Shown here one piece after another: positions 10,501 to 19,500 of a stretch of DNA of 35,820 nucleotides (position 1 is the first letter of the stretch; each line of letters opens with the position of its first letter). The DNA lies in the IMG/VR virus record IMGVR_UViG_3300009164_000179, positions 1 through 35,820 of that record, one strand, 5' to 3'. The notes beneath the pieces were generated by a model. It was given only the letters and a program-made list of their open reading frames with translations. It did no database searches and was not told the origin of the DNA. Made by a program: the position numbers and the translations under genes. This DNA comes from a virus (lineage: Duplodnaviria > Caudoviricetes).

Positions 10501-13500
10501 TTGACCGTTTTTAAACAATTTAATCTTATTTTTGTCTCTAGTCGGTGCATAACTTAATTCAAATACTGCAGAATCTCCAGGTGCTGTAAATATCTGCTCC
10601 TTGGAAAACTCTCGGTAGATACCTTCTTTTGAAATTCGATCAAACTTCATTGTAATTCCAAAAGTTCTAGATTTCGAATCACCTAAGATAGCTACTGCCT
10701 TGGCTATTTCTAAACTGTTACCATTTCCACCAACTAGTGTAATTGTTGCAGTTGTGTAATTTTCACCGCTGGTTAGTACCTGTATTCCAGAAACTTCGCC
10801 ATTGGAAATGTATGCTTTTGCTGTTGCCCCAGTACCATCGCCGGTAATTAATACCGTAGGCGGTAATGTGTATTCTTTACCTGGATAAGAAATTTGAATA
10901 TTAACAATAGAAAATTTATGGTTATCAGTCCACCATTTCCACGGATAGGAATTTAATCGTTCGTCGGTCAACGCTAGTGCATTGATTCTTCCTTCTGTTG
11001 GTGAGTATGCCGGTGGTACATCAAAGTCCGATACTGCGCCGTTAAACGGTTCTACTGTGTCGTAGCGGCTGATGTATTCACGAATGGTCGTACGATACGG
11101 TTTAACTTCGTCTACATATTGTTGGAAACTTGCTAGATTGTCATTTTTATAATTTAACCTCTCTTCAAAAGATCCAACATTGTGGATAGCTTTTAAGAAG
11201 CTAGTTTTGAAGAACCAATCAACATATTTCTGTTCAGTTAGCACGTGGCGTACACTTATAAAAAATAAGTTACTCCATAACTCGCCAAAGCCTAGATTAT
11301 AAGCATTTTCTTTTACAGCTTTTAGAATATTTCTTAATTCTTTCGCATTCTCTACATCATACAAGTTTGTATCATAGGCTCGATTATTGTCGTAGCCAGT
11401 TCCGGCAACGGAGGTTCTATAAAATTCTTTACTTATCTGCAATGTACCTTTTTCACGTCCTACTAATTGATAGTTTTCAGAGAATGATCCGCCTTCGTTA
11501 ATTTTTACAAATACTGCCCATCCACCTGATGCATATTCTTTAATACGAATTAGATCACCTACTTGGGTGTAGATTGTAGGTTCTAAAGAAATATCTTGTA
11601 TTTCTTTAACAATGCGAGAAGTTTCTCCGTAATACGGGATAGGTACTAGATCACCCTCATCAAACTTACTTGCCCACCAATCAACTAGTGACCAATACTT
11701 AGTTGTATCGTATGCTTGGGATTTACTTCTATAGAATGTCTGTTTAACAGTATCCCAAGAATAAATTCCCCAATCGCCATTAGCTGTACTGTCAGAAACT
11801 ACTAGTACAGAGAAATTACGTACAATACCGTTTGCTACAGAATATTTTTTTCCTCTAGTTAATACATTAACTGACACAACTTTACCTTGATTATCAATAG
11901 TACATTCAGCGGTTGCGCCGACTCCGTCACCGTCGATAACAATCGGAGGGGCCACTTTATAACCAAAACCAGGAGTAATAATATCAATAGTATCAATTTC
12001 GCCATTGACTAAGTTAACAGAAACTGTTGCTGGTTTAACACGCACAGTACCAACTGTTGATAATTCTCGGTCGGTATCTATTTGTAAGTCGTATAGATTG
12101 TATAAGTTGTTTGGAATAGGATCTACTAAATTCAGGTACGTGAAGTCTGCAACATCAACATAAGGAACTAATTGAACAAAATGGTTGATATTTTGTATAA
12201 CAATTTTTAATGCTGCAATTCTATCAACAAACATACCCTGACGTGGCCTAAACGACATACCATATCTCTGTTTTGCAGGTAGACTAGGATCTGGTACACG
12301 ATTACCAACAGCATCATAACCTACTAGACTATCAATCCATTTTTCTTCAAGTGCTTTAGCAGGGACGCCTTCTGGATCACCCTCGACTATTAACTGATAT
12401 TCATTATGGATTGCATTCAGTGATTTACTATCTTTATGATATTGTATGTTCAGTAGAGCAGTATCTGAGGCCATTACTGATCTTAAATTGTAAACTAACA
12501 TTGTGTCCGACCCGATTATCGATACAAATGCTGTTCCGGCTGCTGCTGGGTTAGAAATATACGATGCAATCGTCGATGCGGGTAGTTTTCTTCCTGTAAC
12601 TCCAGTTGGAGTTATAGTTTTATTTTTAACCCAATAGTAATATAATGTATTAGTAGCCAATCCGGTTGTGGGATTGTATAAAACTTTTACAGAATAAACA
12701 TCATTGTTTGGATATAATGGTTGGCCGGAAATTCCGTTTGCAACTCCGTCATTAGTATCCGCTATTGCAGCCCACTCTGACGGTTGTAATGGAGATTCAA
12801 CCCATTCGTACATATCAATACTAGCACCTGGTGCTAGTACTCCCCAGTTCCCTATCTTGTAAGAAATGTCACCCTGCTCATAGTATAACCATTTGGCTGT
12901 GGAAATGTTCCACCATATTTTACCTACAAAAGGTTTATCCCATTCTTGAGTTGGTATTACTGTCTGTGCTTCTGTTCCTACAGAATAAATTGCAGGATCA
13001 AATGGCGTTTTAAATTCAATTTCTTGCTCAGCTTCATTTAATATTTTAAGTTTGGCTGGATCTACAATATCTAGATCTTGTATTTTTAAATCTCTAATAT
13101 TGTCGTACAATGCAATACTTCTGATCTTTTCAATGTCGACTACTGGTAGTTGGTAAGTTATTTTTTCCCAGGAATTGACCGTTGGATCTTTTCTAAATAG
13201 TCTAACGTTGCCGGTATTAGCAGCCAGTGTCGAGAAGTAATCTGGAGATCCAACTACGATAGTAGACCCCTGACAATCAACGCTTGCACCAAACGATTCA
13301 AAAGGTGATAATGTTGCTGTTAATTTTTCAGCAAGGAAATAATAGTCTGAGCCGCCGATCGTAAGATCGTAACGATCTTTTAATGGAATTGTTTTTCTTT
13401 CAAAAACATAAACAGCTCCTGCATCGCCAGTGGTGTTTCCTGGAGAATTTTTTGCACCTACGATGATAGTCTCGCTGTTAGCTGTGATAGAAATACTCTG

Positions 13501-16500
13501 ACCAAAGTACTCGTCATAGTAACTTTCAAAATTCTTTAATTTTTGTTTTAATCTAAACGAAGGAGAAGTAACTGAGTTAGTCTGTAACACATAGGCAGAT
13601 CCTCTATATTCAAGATTTAAGTCAGCCATAGGACTAGTTACGACCATTGTTCTTCCTGAATAGTCTAGTGCAATAGCAAATCCAAACTTATCTCCCGAGT
13701 CAATTGTTTCGGTTGAATCGCTGATATCACTAATTGAAGAAAGAGTTGCAGCGTCAATAGTTTGAGCTAGATCATAATTATCAGAAATATTTCTATGATA
13801 GATAAAGACTTTACCACTACGACGTAATGTACTATCACCAATAGATGCCCAAGCTGCTGAATTAGACGGATCATCATTGGTATTTGATATTACTGTTACC
13901 CCTAGACTGTAATACAACGAGTCGCGTTGAACAACATCACCGCCGACATAGGTAACAGTCGGTCTCCAGATTCCTTTGTAGTTTACAAAGAACTGTCCGT
14001 CACTATTTGGTGCCCCTACTGCTAATATTGAACCAGTTTGATTCATCGAAACACTATATCCAAACTGGTCGTTTTCTTTCAACATCTCGACCAGCTGACC
14101 CGGTGCTGGCGTTGGGACTAAGGTTGATCCGTCATCTAACAATGCTAGTTGCTGAGGTAACGATAATTGTGTATCGTGATGTTTCCACGTTGTCATTGTT
14201 GAGGTATATCCGCCCGGTGAAACTACAGTAGTTTCAATTCCTTTGTACAGATAAACTCTGCCGGTGCCGTCTAAAGAACCAACTGCCGACACAGCTAAGA
14301 AATATGTTGACCCGCTAACTCCGATAGAAATATTTGAACCAAACTGTTCACCTATTGCTGGTCTTGGACTTGCATACGTTCCTGAGATTTCCCATTGATC
14401 GTTAACTCGTTCATATATAGAAATCATACCCTGTTGAGGATGCCCAGGTCCTCTGTAATTCTCTGATGCTTCGTTAATTTCTGCCAGAGACCAATTATCC
14501 GGATCATAGGCAGCATTTGTACTACCGTCGGTATTAATGTCAGTTTTAGCTTTCCATAATACTCCATTATATAATACCACTTCCCCAGGGAAATATGTTG
14601 CCATCTTATCGAACGGCCCCATATAGTTACTGTTAATATTACTTGCCAGTGGAGCTCCTACAACCATCCATTTATTATCTGGGCTGATTGCTATAGCCGA
14701 TCCAAACGATCCAATTGAAGCATTTAGAAATTCACTAGCTGGGGCTATAATCTGCTTGGTGCTTAATGCCGTTTCTCCGGGGGTTGATGTTGCTATTTCA
14801 ATGTAGGCTACGACATATCCCGAACCTGGAATACCTACTATAGTCTGTTTTAATGCATCGTTATACAGAACTTTTGTTCCTGCTCGAATTGGCGAGGTAA
14901 GTCCATAATCAACTATGCTTGATGATTTGTATTGTTTATTTTTCTTTAATACTTCCCACTCACCGCTACCACTATCGTCAACCCATAGTTTTGAACCTGT
15001 TGGCAATAACGCAATTACTTCCGGATCTAATGTTCCGTAGTCTGTGAATCTTACCACAGTAAACAAATGCAGTGAAGAAATTGTACTTTGATCTAATACT
15101 GGTGCTTGAGCCGAAGCCGGTACAGTGACGCTAAATGTATTATCTGTTACTGCTGTAATTTTGTAAAAACCTGTAAGGTTAATAACATCACGAATGCCAA
15201 CCACAGTGTCGACAGTCAAATTGTGTATTCTGTTTAGTGTAACGGTCACAGTAGTTGTAGTTTTTGATACATCTGTAATTACATAAATTGGGGATTGATT
15301 TAATCTCCAAATAGTCCAGGATGGAATATTAAATGTAATCCAAATATGATTGTTTTCTAAAACTGACGCAATATCAAGTTTTACTACATCGTCAACTGTG
15401 GCCACTGCAAAATCAATCTGATCGGTTTTTACATAGCCGGCAACCTGGCTCGGCATCTCTTCCGAGGTCAATGGATGTATATCTGTTACATATGGTAACG
15501 GAGAAATTGTAAAATTGTCTTTTGCAACTCTGTAATATTTGTCGCTGGTGGTTGCATCAGTAGTTGATATTGTTGCAATAATTGGTTGTGGATCAATTTT
15601 AACATTGTTCTTTTGTAGTTCAATTTCTATTTCTCTTAACTGATCAGTTCCACCTAATCGACCAACTCGGAACGCCCATTCTTCTCGTAGCTCAATACTA
15701 TTTCCGTTATAACGGCTCAGCTTATCAAATACTTTTGAGATAGCATTCTTTGTGCCTTTTTCTCGAATGAATCCTTGATACAATTGGAACTGGGTTACTG
15801 GGTCTTCTGCAAGTTCTTGTAGATAAGTTCTTTCCTGATACCCGATCGTATGTCGAGCCAACTCCCGTTGAGTATTACCGATGCCTTCAGACGCAACATT
15901 AAAATAATCATCAAATTGATTAATTTTGTAATCAAAGTTTGATATTAATTGTTTTTCAGGAACGCTATCTAGTTTTGACCAATAGGTATAATCAAAGGTT
16001 TCTTGCCCCTCTTGGTTTGAAAGACTAGTCCAGTAATATGATTTGTATGCTACAATATCGCCCAATTTGTAATCGGTAAACGGTTCCCAGAATTCAATAT
16101 CTACATTATCAAACAAGAAGCCAGGACTAGTGTAATCACCGTACCAGTCTGTGGTTCTAAAACCTTGAGATTTAATTCTTTGCTGTCTGTATCCTGTAGA
16201 CTTATCATAGATAACATCATTAAAAACTGTGCGGTCATCAAAGATAGCAACGTGTTCTTTAAGAACGTAATATAATCTTAAGAAATATATACCTTCTGTC
16301 GTATTGGTTGTTTCAACGGTTACTTCTTGAAATTCTCTATCAACATTGATAAACTGTGGCTGTAATGGTTTGCCGTCACTCTTGAGTACTTGGTAGTCAT
16401 AGAATCCATCTAATAAATTATCAGCAACGCCAACTGTTCTTACAATGTTAATTTTAGTTGCAGCCGGACTTAGAGTTATTAATGAACCAACTGCCCAATT

Positions 16501-19500
16501 ATGGCGTGTCCAGAACATAAATTCTTTAGAGCTGGTTGTCCAATCTTGCGATACTTGATTAATTGGATCGTAGTTAGTAAACACAAATCCCTGACTTTGA
16601 AGATACGCTTCGTAACCTAATAAGAAATCTACAACTTCTTGTATCGTGGTAAAACTAGTACCGTAACCTATTTTGCTAACTTCAAAGGTATTGAATTTTC
16701 TTCTCTTAAACGCATCAACTGAACCGACTAACGGCAATTTTGCTAATTTCTTCCAGACAGTTTTATCTAGCAATGCACGGTCATCTGAATCAGTATGGGT
16801 GCTCAACGAGCGATAAAAATCGTTATTATTTTTTACAATAATTCCATTGGTAAACTCTTTACCTGGTTGCCAGTCAATAAAGTTTTCACTAAGGCCACCG
16901 ATCGATAATAAAGGATCTCCCTGACTTGGCTGTGCTTCATAATAATAGAAGAAAGGATGAATGTCATCGTAACCAGTTATATGCCATCCGGTCTCATTCT
17001 TTTCAACAATCACACCGCTGTAAGAAAGTGTAGAGATTGGCGCACTAACATTGAATATAATGTCGTAGTTTTCTACAGGAACATAAATGCTGCTAGATAC
17101 TGACTTAGGACTTTTACTATCTAAAAGATATTTTTGTTGGGCTTTATCAACAAACCCGCTGAGTCTCGTGGCTAGATTTACATCTATACTTTGAATTTTA
17201 GTTTCTAGGCTATCTAAAGATTTTCCTTTTGACTGTGTATAATTCACAAGATAGCACACAAGTCCCGAAGATAAATCAACAGACGGATACGGAATTACTA
17301 AATCAGCTAATGTTAGAAACGTGTCTGTATCTTTACTAACCGTTTGCCCAAGTAAATTAATTTTAATTCTAGATCTATCAAAACTGTCAGTGATAAATTC
17401 AAATGGTTTTAATAGACATAATGCAATGACTACAGCAAACGGATACTCTGAACTTGATCTCCAAGCATACTCAACCGGACCAATGTCGCCTAATTTAAAT
17501 GGTCCTCTGTTATTAATTAATATGAAATTGCCAGCGAATCCCGAATCTAAAGGATTGACTAATCGGCCTTCGATATCTACAGGAATGTAATCTAACAATC
17601 CCGGACGCTTGTAACGATCATACGTACCGGCGCGAGCTCCGTGTCGGATAATTCCATCACGTAAATCTTCCCACAGCAATAAGTTACCGCTGGTGTAAGG
17701 TGCAGAACCATATTGTGTATCCCACCAGTCTGGCTTTTCGCTAAAGCCTAACATCTCCCAAGGACAGCGATGTGGTCGATCTGTATCAAATGCCCACTTA
17801 TACACTCCTCTCCAATAGCCAGGTAAATTAACCTTGCTGGCCGGATCTGTCATATTACTATAGGTATATGTAAACGGTTCAGTGTCAATGAAATAATTGT
17901 TATTTGTATAATCAATATTTGTATTTCTAATCCATTGTAAGAATTCTTGTTCTACAATCGGATCTAAATGACTCTTATTATATAAAGCATTACCGTAATA
18001 TCCTCCAAGAATATTGTCGATATCAAATACTGCTTCGTCGTATTGTTGCTTGATATTGTTATAGATTCTATATTCTAATTCTAACAATAACTGATCTCTG
18101 TAATCACCAAAGGCGATAGTTATGCTACCATCGTGTCCTTGTATTACTGTTTTTGGTTCTCTGTAGGTATCGTCTACAAAGATCATCGGAGTATATTTTT
18201 TATACAGACCTAATTTTGTCGGAGTAGAAGGAATAAAACAATGGGCTGTTGAGACATATTCTCGGATTTCGATGTAGTCGCCCTCAACTAAATCGGTTTT
18301 AATAGTCACGAATCCGAATGTAGCATTAAACTCATATTGTTTATTAACTATCAATTGCTGTCCATTAATATACACATAGACTGCTGTACGACTCAGGCCT
18401 TCGAGGCTAAATTTTTTGTTTAATGCAAATGTTTTAATACCAGTGTCTTCTACGTCATAGGTAACTGTAGAATATGCTCCACTTCCGATCATATCTGAAT
18501 CAGCGAACGGTGATGCAACGGTCTTTGTACTGGTTAGACTTTGTATAATAGCATCAACAAAATCTGGAATTGAACTAATGTAATCAAGCTCGGTTGATCT
18601 AGTTAAAAAATTATTTTTAAATTCTGTATATTGTTGTTTTGCATACTGCAAAGATTTGATAATATTATTTTCTTTATCGCACAATAATGCTATCGCAAGC
18701 GGAGTTGAACCAGAATGTTTTAAGAAACGTTTAGCATTATTTTGATAATCGACTAAATCTCTAAGATTTGATTTACCCGGAATTTTTCCTTCAAATCTAT
18801 TATCAAATTCCAAAGCGGATACCACGTGATCAATAGCTTGACCAAACGTAAATGATGTCATCTTCTGGTTTAACGGATTCTTTTCTAATCCAGATGGAAT
18901 TTCATAGTAACCGGTTACGTAGTCGACATCTGTGATTATTTTAACAGAAATTACATCTTTTTCTGCAAATGGTGTTGTAAATGTAAAGGTTCCGCGATCT
19001 CGAATATAGGGATTATCAGTTAGTTGTGTACCGTTAAGGTAGAAATTAATTATTAATTTGCTAGTATCAGTTACTGATTCCCAATCTAATGTTGTTAGTG
19101 TTACAACATTGGTAGGTTGTGATATTACCACACTATCAAGCAAAGGTTGAATATAATCAAGATTAGTCGAGATCCAACCGTTTTTATAATCTGCGTTTTC
19201 TTTATAGAATCCTGTGGAAATATATGTTGTTACTGCTGTGTTATCAACTAGGTGAGTATGGTAGAATACATCTGAATCCCAAGTCCAGTTGAATTTAATA
19301 TCTCCTAGATTATCGATGTTTAGGTATGTTAACGGAAATCCTAGTTGTGAATCGTTTACTCCACTTGTACCTTGGTTGTATTCAAATAGGGTAGTACCTA
19401 AGAAAGAACTAACCGGATAAGTTTCAGGATCTGAAAAACTAATTCCAGTGCTATCATAGGCATCAAACAACGGTGGCTGATTTACTTTAGTTTTTGGTTG

